From: an uncultured Planctomycetales bacterium
GTDB lineage: Bacteria; Omnitrophota; Gorgyraeia; Zapsychrales; Aceulaceae
Assembly: GCA_964648665.1 (NCBI GenBank)
Contig: CAZYOA010000008.1
Coordinates: 550-64,549, forward strand
Direction of reading: 5' to 3'
DNA: 64,000 nucleotides
A program made the position numbers and the translations under genes. Below are positions 1 through 8,248 of the stretch, piece after piece. The notes beneath the pieces were generated by a model. It did no database searches. It saw nothing but the letters and a program-made list of their open reading frames with translations, and had not been told where the DNA came from. The first letter of the stretch is position 1; the number at the start of each line of letters is the position of its first letter.

Positions 1-1775
1 CAAATAGCAATAGGATCCTCATCGTATTGCGCAACAAACATCGATATAATCAAATCCATCTTAATAGAGTTGCCCTTATCATCAAAGAATCTTACTGTCT
101 TAATATCCTCTTGCTTAAAAATAAAAGGTTTTTCAGATTTTAAATAATCATCTACATCTTTACCCGGATGCATCGCTAAAAATCTTGCACGGCCATCAAG
201 AGTCATTGTCTCAGAATTAATATTATTAAGATCTGCTCCAAAAACTTCAACATTCTCTGGTTCAAATGTCTTTTCGCTTTTTACTCTTCGAATAGAATCT
301 ACATTCTCTTTTCGAGAGCTTATCTCTTGTCTATACTCATCCAAACTCTTGTTTCCATGCTCTTCCAAGATTTCTGTTAATGCCATCCCCGCTCCACACC
401 CTGCATCTAAAACACGCAAAGGTCTACCACGCGCAATGCGGTGAGCTTCGCTAGCAAATCTTTTTAAAAATAGAGCTAAGGGATTTTTAGCTTGTGCTTT
501 CTTAAACCTAAGATCAACCTGATTTAGCCACCAATCATAGTTTTTTATTCCACGATATGCCGTGTACTCTCTTTGCCGTGATAACAAATAATCCTGAGCT
601 GTCTTCTTTGAAAATTCTAATACACTTGAAATTCTTCGCAATTTAGCCGGAGAACAAGATTTAGTAACTTCTAAAATTCTATCTTCTGGAACAATCGCAT
701 CTCGTGTATTTCCCAAAAAGCTCATACCACCCGAGAAATATTTTCTTGGAACACGTCGGTTTTCATGTTTGTCATATTCAACCTTAACAAAGTCGCACAC
801 ACCTTTTTTAAAGGCATCTAAATATTGTCGATAAATCTTTTCTCTAATTTCTTTATCATCAACATCAACACCAGAAATTTTGGCTTGATTACTATATTTT
901 TGATTTAAAACCGAATTTTTAAGCGTATTTTTAAACCATGTTGCCAGAATTAAAGAATTATAAACTTGGCGAAGATTGGCAAAGTTTTTACCTTGATTCA
1001 CTTCCTTTTCAATCTCAGGAAGAACAATTTCTCGAACAATTTGAGATGAAAAGTTACTAGTTTGCTTTGTTTCATTCTCATTGTCTAGCTGTGCACCTAT
1101 TTTCTGATTATCCAAATTGTTTTCAAGCGACAAATAATCTTCTTCAAGCATAACTTTTAGATGACTTTTTACAACAAAGGCGCGTGGTCCATTTTCATAG
1201 ACAACTGCCTTTTCCGGCACAATCCATACTTTATTAAATGTATTAACTGGTATTTGCGTTGTTCCATATTTCTCAAAAGCTTCCTTGTAAATTCGATCCC
1301 AAAATCTTTTTCCGAGTTCGTCTTCTGGATAAACCAAAGAAGCTGTAATTTGCTTTAAAATATAATCTTGAGCTAAGAGGTCCCGACCCATTTCTGTTTG
1401 GCTAAAGGCATCTGGGATAATGCGATCTTCCTCATATGGAGATAAATTGACCCAAAGGTCTTCTTCTGGAATCGTTAAAGAAGCTAAGAAATATTTAATA
1501 AGCTTTTCACTCTCTTGCGTAAATTCTTTGTCATTTAAATTTGTATCACCAACATCAACAATGAAATCTAATTCAAAAGGATTTTTTGGATTAACACGAA
1601 CACCTCGCAGCAAAACAGGAGAAAAGCTTGGCGTAAGCGTAACCATAGTTCCTGGCGCAGGCAAGAAACTTAATGTTTGCGCAGAAGCAGGCACAGCCAT
1701 ATTGGTTAAGAATGCCAAAATAACAAACCAACTAATTAACTTATAATAATATTTTAATATTGTCTTTTTATTCAT
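1..1775 (-). CDS. Large exported or membrane-anchored protein with class I SAM-dependent methyltransferase domain (N-terminal part only; C-terminus lies beyond the left window edge)
   Basis: Absent from the ORF track because it has no stop inside the window. Manual minus-strand translation from ATG at 1775 stays open to position 3 (about 590 codons): MNKKTILKYYYKLISWFVILAFLTNMAVPASAQTLSFLPAPGTMVTLTPSF... The basic N-region, hydrophobic core and ASA-Q resemble a Sec signal or anchor. Near the edge, RPLRVLDAGCGAGMAL (motif I) then VEVFGADLN are typical of class I methyltransferases. The + strand ORFs 1161..1358 and 1420..1746 lie antisense inside it. Confidence 0.6.
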   Translation of the reverse strand, partial: MNKKTILKYYYKLISWFVILAFLTNMAVPASAQTLSFLPAPGTMVTLTPSFSPVLLRGVRVNPKNPFELDFIVDVGDTNLNDKEFTQESEKLIKYFLASLTIPEEDLWVNLSPYEEDRIIPDAFSQTEMGRDLLAQDYILKQITASLVYPEDELGKRFWDRIYKEAFEKYGTTQIPVNTFNKVWIVPEKAVVYENGPRAFVVKSHLKVMLEEDYLSLENNLDNQKIGAQLDNENETKQTSNFSSQIVREIVLPEIEKEVNQGKNFANLRQVYNSLILATWFKNTLKNSVLNQKYSNQAKISGVDVDDKEIREKIYRQYLDAFKKGVCDFVKVEYDKHENRRVPRKYFSGGMSFLGNTRDAIVPEDRILEVTKSCSPAKLRRISSVLEFSKKTAQDYLLSRQREYTAYRGIKNYDWWLNQVDLRFKKAQAKNPLALFLKRFASEAHRIARGRPLRVLDAGCGAGMALTEILEEHGNKSLDEYRQEISSRKENVDSIRRVKSEKTFEPENVEVFGADLNNINSETMTLDGRARFLAMHPGKDVDDYLKSEKPFIFKQEDIKTVRFFDDKGNSIKMDLIISMFVAQYDEDPIAI

Positions 1776-1904
1776 ATCTTCGCTTCTAGTTATTAATATT
1801 CATCTACCCTAACACATCAAGTATACATTCTTATATTAAGAAAAAAAGGGCATTTCAGCCGTTTTAAGAAAGCGCTACCTTATTATTAATATTAAGGATA
1901 TTTA

Positions 1905-1937
1905 TAAAAAAAGGCAACTTGAAGAATTCAAGTCGCC
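1905..1937 (-). terminator. Putative rho-independent terminator after the DUF2892 gene
   Basis: Minus strand reads GGCGACTTGAA-TTC-TTCAAGTTGCC (11-bp stem with one G-U pair) followed by TTTTTTTAT. Confidence 0.45.
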
Positions 1938-1966
1938 ACAAATATAGCACATAATCTTTGATATTG

Positions 1967-2146
1967 CTACTTTATGCCCATTTTCTTTAATATTTTCATC
2001 ATCAGGCACCAATTAGTAAAAAATGACTGCAATAAGTTTGCACCTACAAAAGCTGTAAGCCAAAGCCAGCGAATATCAACCCAAACAGCTAAGGCTAAGC
2101 TCAACAAAATCATAAATCCTGCTATACCTCTTAAAATTTTTTCCAT
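1967..2146 (-). CDS. DUF2892/YgaP-like small membrane protein (59 aa)
   Basis: Below the ORF-track size cutoff; found by manual translation: MEKILRGIAGFMILLSLALAVWVDIRWLWLTAFVGANLLQSFFTNWCLMMKILKKMGIK. AAGGAGG lies 5 nt upstream of the ATG. Two TM helices and the FVGxNLxQSxFTxxC pattern recall DUF2892. Replaces the opposite-strand track ORF 1974..2183. Confidence 0.65.
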   Translation of the reverse strand: MEKILRGIAGFMILLSLALAVWVDIRWLWLTAFVGANLLQSFFTNWCLMMKILKKMGIK

Positions 2147-2179
2147 ACCTGCCTCCTTCTTTAAACTTCCTCAATTTTC

Positions 2180-3472
2180 TTAAAATGAATATCGAATTCT
2201 TGTATAAATGTTCTTATTACGCTTCATTTGACCAAATTCTGTATTTTCATCCTCACCCCAAGGCAAGTTAGCCCCAAATGTTACTTTCCACTGATCATTG
2301 ATATCATAAGCAACAACAGGACGAACATAGCCATCATTATCCGTTGGAGAATAAAATGTAAACAAAGATACTCTAACTGTTTGATTCTTAAATAATTTCA
2401 CAATACGATTTGTTAAAAGATGACGACGCTGATCCCATCTATAATCATTAGTCAAAAGATTGTCTCGATAATCATCATAATCAAGCTTTTGCTCATACAT
2501 ATATTGAAAACCAACGTTTAAATCATTACCAAGATCTTTGCTATATCCCATCATAGTTTTAAAAGAAGAGTTTTCAACTGTACGTAAATTTCCTTTACTA
2601 TCATCACGTGAACGGATATAACCAACCTCAATATTTCCAATACCGCTTGCAAAAGGCCCACGCAAACTTCCACCATAAACATCCATAGGTTCATAATAAA
2701 GCTCTCGAGCCGCTTGATTCTTGTAACTTCGAGGATTTTTATCAAAACCATGGAAAAAATAAAGCGCAGCTTCATTGCTACCAAAATTACGATAAACTCT
2801 TAAAGCATACTCATTATTGCTCATTTGAAATGGTGGCTCAATCAAACGTCGTTCAGAATTTACCCCTGCAATACCTTTTTGAAAGGTATCAAAAAACGAA
2901 AGCCGATCGCCTTTAGGAATTGTGTTTGGTGCAAAATGCGGAATTGCAACAAGATCAATATTCGCAAACTTCGGATAAATCGAAACCTTAACGGCATCCG
3001 ATGGTTTCTTTAGATATTCATTATCCCGTCCGATAAGAAACGAAACATAATCTTTTGGAAACATATCGTTAATGAAAAGAAGCTCACCTGTTCCCCACGT
3101 TAAAGCCTGACGCCCTATTTTTAAATCCACAATATCCATTGGCGTCAAGGCTAGATTAAGCTCTCTAAGCTCAAAACCTGTCTTTCCATTATAATATTCA
3201 TCGACAGTAAAATCTCCCTTAAAGCTAAGAGATGCTCCTTTTTGTGCTAAATAATTATCTCCAGAAAAATTATGATTTGCTCTTAACTGAAGTCTTTGTT
3301 CAAAAAGATTATAATTATCTCGCTTTGTATTATCGTCGCTGACCTTAACCCCGTAATCCATTTCAACAAACCCATGAATTTGTGGCCACTCAGCAAAACC
3401 TGTTTGAGCAAAAGCTAAAATAAAAATTAAAGTAAGAACAGCTTTCTTCATCATTGTACCCTGAGTTGTCAT
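2180..3472 (-). CDS. Outer-membrane beta-barrel protein, last gene of the RND exporter operon
   Basis: Signal peptide MKKAVLTLIFILAFAQTGFA-EW, alternating beta-strand pattern, C-terminal IRYSF aromatic terminus. The true start may be the MMKK ATGs at 3454/3451. Confidence 0.6.
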   Translation of the reverse strand: MTTQGTMMKKAVLTLIFILAFAQTGFAEWPQIHGFVEMDYGVKVSDDNTKRDNYNLFEQRLQLRANHNFSGDNYLAQKGASLSFKGDFTVDEYYNGKTGFELRELNLALTPMDIVDLKIGRQALTWGTGELLFINDMFPKDYVSFLIGRDNEYLKKPSDAVKVSIYPKFANIDLVAIPHFAPNTIPKGDRLSFFDTFQKGIAGVNSERRLIEPPFQMSNNEYALRVYRNFGSNEAALYFFHGFDKNPRSYKNQAARELYYEPMDVYGGSLRGPFASGIGNIEVGYIRSRDDSKGNLRTVENSSFKTMMGYSKDLGNDLNVGFQYMYEQKLDYDDYRDNLLTNDYRWDQRRHLLTNRIVKLFKNQTVRVSLFTFYSPTDNDGYVRPVVAYDINDQWKVTFGANLPWGEDENTEFGQMKRNKNIYTRIRYSF

Positions 3473-3490
3473 AAAATTCCTTTTTTAAAA

Positions 3491-4273
3491 TTAGGGTTGA
3501 ATCCATTGCATGGGAGGTTTTCTTAAATATCGTTCAGTAAAAATATTATCAGCAAGTCCAATGTCGTATTGAACATTACTAAACTCCATTACAGTTTCTC
3601 CTCCACGCTCAACGTCTATTGCTCTTGATCTAACAACAGTTGGATGCCCATCAACATCTTGAACTTCTAAAGCCTCAATTGTTCGAACAAGATCTCCGTT
3701 TTTGTTATAATATTCGGCTTTCATCGGAATAAAATTCTTCGCATCAATCCAAACAAGATAATAAGCAAATTCAACACCTTGAGTTTCTTTAGGTGTATTT
3801 TTAATTTTATAAAGCCCATCTTCTTCACCTAAAAGTTCATGGTCATCAGCATAAACACCGCGGCCAGAAACATCTTCATAAACAAAATGAGATCCCACAA
3901 AACTTGAACGCTTATCGCTTGCCGAAATTCGTCTCACCAAATCTAAAGCCGGCAAGTACATCCATCGATCATCATCTTGAGCTATATTTTTCCAAACCAT
4001 ATAAGTCATACGAGCAACATCTGTTGGTTTTTCAAAATAAACATAAAATTTTTGCTCTTCTCCATCTTTAATATTTAAACGCAAGATCTTAAACTGCCGT
4101 ATTCTTTCTCGTCCCTGAGAATCCGTAATTGTCATCTTAACGCTTGACCTTCCATCTCTCGAAGCATAGTACGATACAAGATTAGCTTTGTTTACAATAG
4201 TTTCTACATTTTGAGCAAAAGCAAAATTTGCACTCAAAGCAAGAACAGTTAACATTAAAAATATTTTCTTCAT
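3491..4273 (-). CDS. Outer membrane lipoprotein-sorting (LolA-like) family protein
   Basis: Signal peptide plus DRWMYLPALDLVRRISASDKRSSFVGSHFVYEDV, characteristic of the LolA-like family that accompanies COG1033 RND exporters. ATG immediately follows the RND gene stop (4274). Confidence 0.75.
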   Translation of the reverse strand: MKKIFLMLTVLALSANFAFAQNVETIVNKANLVSYYASRDGRSSVKMTITDSQGRERIRQFKILRLNIKDGEEQKFYVYFEKPTDVARMTYMVWKNIAQDDDRWMYLPALDLVRRISASDKRSSFVGSHFVYEDVSGRGVYADDHELLGEEDGLYKIKNTPKETQGVEFAYYLVWIDAKNFIPMKAEYYNKNGDLVRTIEALEVQDVDGHPTVVRSRAIDVERGGETVMEFSNVQYDIGLADNIFTERYLRKPPMQWIQP

Positions 4274-6787
4274 TTATTTATCCTCCGTTAAACAAGTCTT
4301 TCGTTTTGATAAAAAGTTACAAACACCTGCAGATAGAACCACAATGCCGATTGCTACAAATGTAATCGGTTTCCAACCAACAGCTGTATATCCAAACAAA
4401 ACATAAGCAACCGCCAAAGCCACAAACAAAGCAATCAACATGCAATAGCTACATTTGCAACTTACTCCTTTTTGATTTTGATCAAACATCCAACTAGGAT
4501 TTAATGATACTATAGATGGCAAAATAAATAAAGTCGCAATACTCGATACCGCCATAATTGTAAACATAAAGAAACCAACTGTTTTATACGGAACGAGCGG
4601 TGCTGCCAAAAGTGGCAAGAATCCGATAGCAACAACTAAAGCATTTCGAATAATAGCTCTCCCTGGACCTGCAAACATCTCATCGGCAGTAGCTTCCCAT
4701 GTCTTTTTTTCTTGATGCACTTCAATCGTCCTTTGAATAAAATGAATCGCAAAATCAATCGAGAGCCCAAGTGTTAAGGCTGATAAAACAGCCACCGGCA
4801 TATCATAATCTTTTCCAAAGAATCCTAAAAGACTATAAATAAACAAAATTGTAACTGTCAAAGGGATCATCGAAATTAGCGCCTTTATCGGCGACCTAAA
4901 TAAAAATAACATCATAAAAAGAACAATAACAAAACTTCCTAAGAAATTTTTAAGCATTCCTCCAACCATATTATCTTGCCAAACAACATTGATATATGTA
5001 AGACCGGCCCAATTATAAGATAACTTCATCGGAGGCGGATTCTTCTCTATATACTTAGCAACATGCTTAACAACCTTGTTCATATCTTTATTATCTCCAC
5101 TCTTAAGTTGAATCCACATATTAAGCTTTGAATAATCTGGCGTTGTTAAATGCCAGAGATCATCTGGCTTATGCGAATTCTCAAAGGAGATCAAGCACTG
5201 TGCAACCGCAGGCTTACTTTTCGGAATAACATTGTTGATTCTATCACCACCTAAAAGTTCATAATAAATCTTTTTAACAATATCAGCCAACGATGTTGTC
5301 TTTCCCACAAGTCCTGTTGTCATCAAATTATTTTGTAAATTTTGAACATAATGAAGCATTTTAGGTTCAACAAAGATTTCTGCATCTTTATCTTCCGCCT
5401 CCAAAACAAGATAGGCTTCATACGTTCCTGAAAAATGCTCATTTAAAATTTTATCAGCAACACGAATTGGATGTTTTTTTTCAAACCATCGAACAGGGTT
5501 ATCATTAACCTGAATCTTAGTAATACCATAAACAGAAATCCCAACTAAAATCATCGTAATAATTAAAACAGCTTTGAAGTGACGCATCACAATCATCTTG
5601 ATAACATTTAAAATTTTATCAAGAAACACTCCTTTATCCTGTTTTCCAGACAATCCAAATCCTTCAAACTTTTTAGGATTCATAAGCATGACATAAGCAG
5701 GAATAAGTAGAATTGTCAAAACCCACGCGACTAAAACTCCCGTCGCAACAAAGACACCAAAAACTTGAACTGGAGGAATCGGCGAGAATGACAATGAAAA
5801 GAATCCAACAGCAGACGTCAACGATGTAAACAACATCGGGCTAAAAAGTTCATTTAAAACAAACACAAGAGTCTTTTTTCGATCATGGTAAACATGATAC
5901 TTGTCAAAGAATTCACTCAAAATATGAACCGAATCTAAAACAGCAATCGGCATCAAGAAAATCGGAATCATTGAACTCATAATATGAACCGGAAAACCGA
6001 AACCAATCAAAAGACCCATGGTTATTAAAACTGTTGCGATCGCAACGAGCATAGGTGCGATAATAAGACTTGCAGATTTAAAGAAGAACCACATGAGAAG
6101 AAAAATGACGAGGCCTGCTAACGGTGCAGAAACTGCCATCTGCTTAAACATCTCAGCACCAAACTGATCATTGGCAATAGGAAGACCTGTAAAATGATAT
6201 TCATCTTCTGATGGATATCGATCAACAATTTCTTTAATCTTTTGAGAAACTTCATAACTTAAATCTTTTCGCTCAATCGGAATATACAAAGCAAGAGCTT
6301 TTCCGTTTTCAGAGACAAGCGTTCCATAAAACATTGGATTATCTTGTGCTTCATCTCTAATATGCAAAGCTTCAGCCGTTGTTTTTGGCGGAGATTCCAT
6401 TAGCCAGTTAAAGCGAACTGTTCCAAAATCACCTTGCTGAATGTTATCCTTTGTCGATGGAGAAATAATTTCAGAAGCGATAACACCTTCGATCTTTTTA
6501 ATCTCTTCTGTAATATTATAGATATTTGAAAGCGTATCCACATTAAAAACACCATTAGGATTAGAATCATTAACAACGCCAACAACAACGATATCAAAAA
6601 GAGCAAATTCCTTTTTCATTTCTTTATGAAAAACACGCACTGCAGCATCTTTGGGAAGCATATTTTCTGGATCTGTATCAACCTTAATCCTCACAAACTG
6701 AGTTAAGGCCAGAATAACGGTGACGGCCACAATCCAAACAATAATCTTTGGTTTATTTAAAGCATAATCTATAAATCTCTTAATCAT
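4274..6787 (-). CDS. RND-superfamily exporter (MMPL/COG1033 type, two 6-TM bundles with large periplasmic loops)
   Basis: 837 aa. Repeated TM blocks (residues about 215-370 and 620-770) each follow a soluble domain, the architecture typical of MMPL/HpnN-like predicted exporters. RBS GAAAGGGAAG upstream. Confidence 0.8.
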   Translation of the reverse strand: MIKRFIDYALNKPKIIVWIVAVTVILALTQFVRIKVDTDPENMLPKDAAVRVFHKEMKKEFALFDIVVVGVVNDSNPNGVFNVDTLSNIYNITEEIKKIEGVIASEIISPSTKDNIQQGDFGTVRFNWLMESPPKTTAEALHIRDEAQDNPMFYGTLVSENGKALALYIPIERKDLSYEVSQKIKEIVDRYPSEDEYHFTGLPIANDQFGAEMFKQMAVSAPLAGLVIFLLMWFFFKSASLIIAPMLVAIATVLITMGLLIGFGFPVHIMSSMIPIFLMPIAVLDSVHILSEFFDKYHVYHDRKKTLVFVLNELFSPMLFTSLTSAVGFFSLSFSPIPPVQVFGVFVATGVLVAWVLTILLIPAYVMLMNPKKFEGFGLSGKQDKGVFLDKILNVIKMIVMRHFKAVLIITMILVGISVYGITKIQVNDNPVRWFEKKHPIRVADKILNEHFSGTYEAYLVLEAEDKDAEIFVEPKMLHYVQNLQNNLMTTGLVGKTTSLADIVKKIYYELLGGDRINNVIPKSKPAVAQCLISFENSHKPDDLWHLTTPDYSKLNMWIQLKSGDNKDMNKVVKHVAKYIEKNPPPMKLSYNWAGLTYINVVWQDNMVGGMLKNFLGSFVIVLFMMLFLFRSPIKALISMIPLTVTILFIYSLLGFFGKDYDMPVAVLSALTLGLSIDFAIHFIQRTIEVHQEKKTWEATADEMFAGPGRAIIRNALVVAIGFLPLLAAPLVPYKTVGFFMFTIMAVSSIATLFILPSIVSLNPSWMFDQNQKGVSCKCSYCMLIALFVALAVAYVLFGYTAVGWKPITFVAIGIVVLSAGVCNFLSKRKTCLTEDK

Positions 6788-6904
6788 TATCTTCCCTTTC
6801 TATTTCACGCTCTTTTTTTTCATAAGACCAAGCTAATGCGCCACCATCCAGAACTTCCTTATCATATAAATTTTACTTTTTTGCTCATATGAAATTTTTT
6901 TTAT

Positions 6905-7414
6905 TTATCTTAAAATAATATTTTTTAGCATATTTTCTTCATCAACAGCAACCGCACCACCAATAACCTTAGCAATATTTCCACCAAACATTTTTCCCAT
7001 AAGACCCATGTTCATGCCAGAAATATAAATCTTACCATCATCACCTTGATAAACACCCCAAGCACATGACATAAGCGTAGAAACCTCAGGATTTGTAGTA
7101 AGAACATCGTTGGCATAAGATCCCTTGCATAACTCAACAACTTTCACAGATCTTTTCATGTAAACGCCCTTCTTTTCTAATGTTGCATTAAGATCTCGAA
7201 TCATTGGAGAGCTCCACCCATGCGCCTCAATAGATTGTTTTAGTTTATCACAAGTTTCGTCTATCGTAGCATATCGACTTTCATGGATCGTAATCATCAT
7301 TTTCGGCATTACAATCCAAGAAAATAAAGCTAATGTAATAATACCAAAAATAAATCCAAAAATAAATAACTTAAGACCATCTCTTCTTTTAGAATTTTCT
7401 TTACTTGTAGACAT
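6905..7414 (-). CDS. DUF302 domain protein with N-terminal membrane anchor
   Basis: TM segment LKLFIFGFIFGIITLALFSWIV, then a DUF302-like core (VVELCKGSYANDVL...MSCAWGVYQGDDGKIYISGMN). Confidence 0.6.
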   Translation of the reverse strand: MSTSKENSKRRDGLKLFIFGFIFGIITLALFSWIVMPKMMITIHESRYATIDETCDKLKQSIEAHGWSSPMIRDLNATLEKKGVYMKRSVKVVELCKGSYANDVLTTNPEVSTLMSCAWGVYQGDDGKIYISGMNMGLMGKMFGGNIAKVIGGAVAVDEENMLKNIILR

Positions 7415-7486
7415 TTCTTCTCCTTTTTTTCTAATTTAATATTAGAATATTGACATCCTTAAATATGAACTCCAAAAACCTCTATT

Positions 7487-7804
7487 TTAAAAAAACTTTG
7501 AGATCAAAGAAACTATTTCTTGTTTTGGAACAACACCGACAAAAGTATGAACAATGACTCCACCCTTAAACAAAGAAACTGTCGGAATGCTCATAATGCT
7601 GTAGTTAGATGCAATTTTAGGAGCATCATCAACATTAATCTTTCCAACCTTAATCTTTCCATCAAATTCTTCAGCAATTTCTTTAATAATTGGACCAAGC
7701 ATTCTACAGGGACCACACCAGGGCGCCCAGAAATCAACCAAACACGAAATTTCTGAATTCAAAACCTCTTGCTCAAAATTATTATCACTAAGCTCTATTT
7801 CCAT
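7487..7804 (-). CDS. trxA: Thioredoxin
   Basis: 105 aa, DFWAPWCGPCRMLGP active site, PT cis-Pro motif (MSIPTVSLF). Confidence 0.9.
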   Translation of the reverse strand: MEIELSDNNFEQEVLNSEISCLVDFWAPWCGPCRMLGPIIKEIAEEFDGKIKVGKINVDDAPKIASNYSIMSIPTVSLFKGGVIVHTFVGVVPKQEIVSLISKFF

Positions 7805-7885
7805 GAAATTCTCCTTTCAATTTTAAATATCAAGTCTTTTATAATATCGTATTATCCAGATATTACGTTTAATAAAATAAAAAAA

Positions 7886-8146
7886 TTATTTTTTCAATAT
7901 ACTAAGAATCTTAACGACTCTTTTATCAACAACATTATAACAAGTCTCAACCCCTTCTTTCCTGCCTGAAAGGATTCCCCTTCTTTTTAATATTCCCAAA
8001 TGTTGCGACACGGTTGATTGCGGTAATTTTAATATCTTTACAATCTTAGAAACATTACATTGATTCTTCATCAATCCTTCGACCATTTTTAATCGAACAG
8101 GATGTCCCAAGGCTTTTAACATATCGCTTTCTTTATTATAATCCAT
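7886..8146 (-). CDS. ArsR/SmtB-family winged-helix transcriptional regulator
   Basis: LKALGHPVRLKMVEGL...CNVSKIVKILKLPQSTVSQHLGILKRRGIL is a canonical ArsR HTH. Confidence 0.85.
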   Translation of the reverse strand: MDYNKESDMLKALGHPVRLKMVEGLMKNQCNVSKIVKILKLPQSTVSQHLGILKRRGILSGRKEGVETCYNVVDKRVVKILSILKK

Positions 8147-8182
8147 TTATCATCCTCTCTTATGAAAGTCATCTCTTATTGC

Positions 8183-8217
8183 ATCGCAATATTACGATAT
8201 TACGATGTATTTGTCAA
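8183..8217 (-). promoter_or_regulatory. Sigma70-like promoter with overlapping palindromic operator upstream of arsR-trxA-DUF302
   Basis: Minus strand TTGACA (8212-8217), 17 nt, TAATAT (8189-8194). The + strand ATCGCAAT|ATTACGAT near-palindrome (8183-8198) overlaps the -10, and ATTACGAT is tandemly repeated (8191-8206). Confidence 0.4.
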
Positions 8218-8248
8218 GAAAATATTTATCCAGTCTTCTTTCTGAAAA

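Noticed and set aside
1161-2183. Track ORFs 1161..1358, 1420..1746 and 1974..2183 on the + strand
   Set aside because: The first two are antisense to the long open minus-strand frame that starts at 1775. The third is antisense to a better-supported 59-aa DUF2892-like gene (1967..2146) with a strong RBS.
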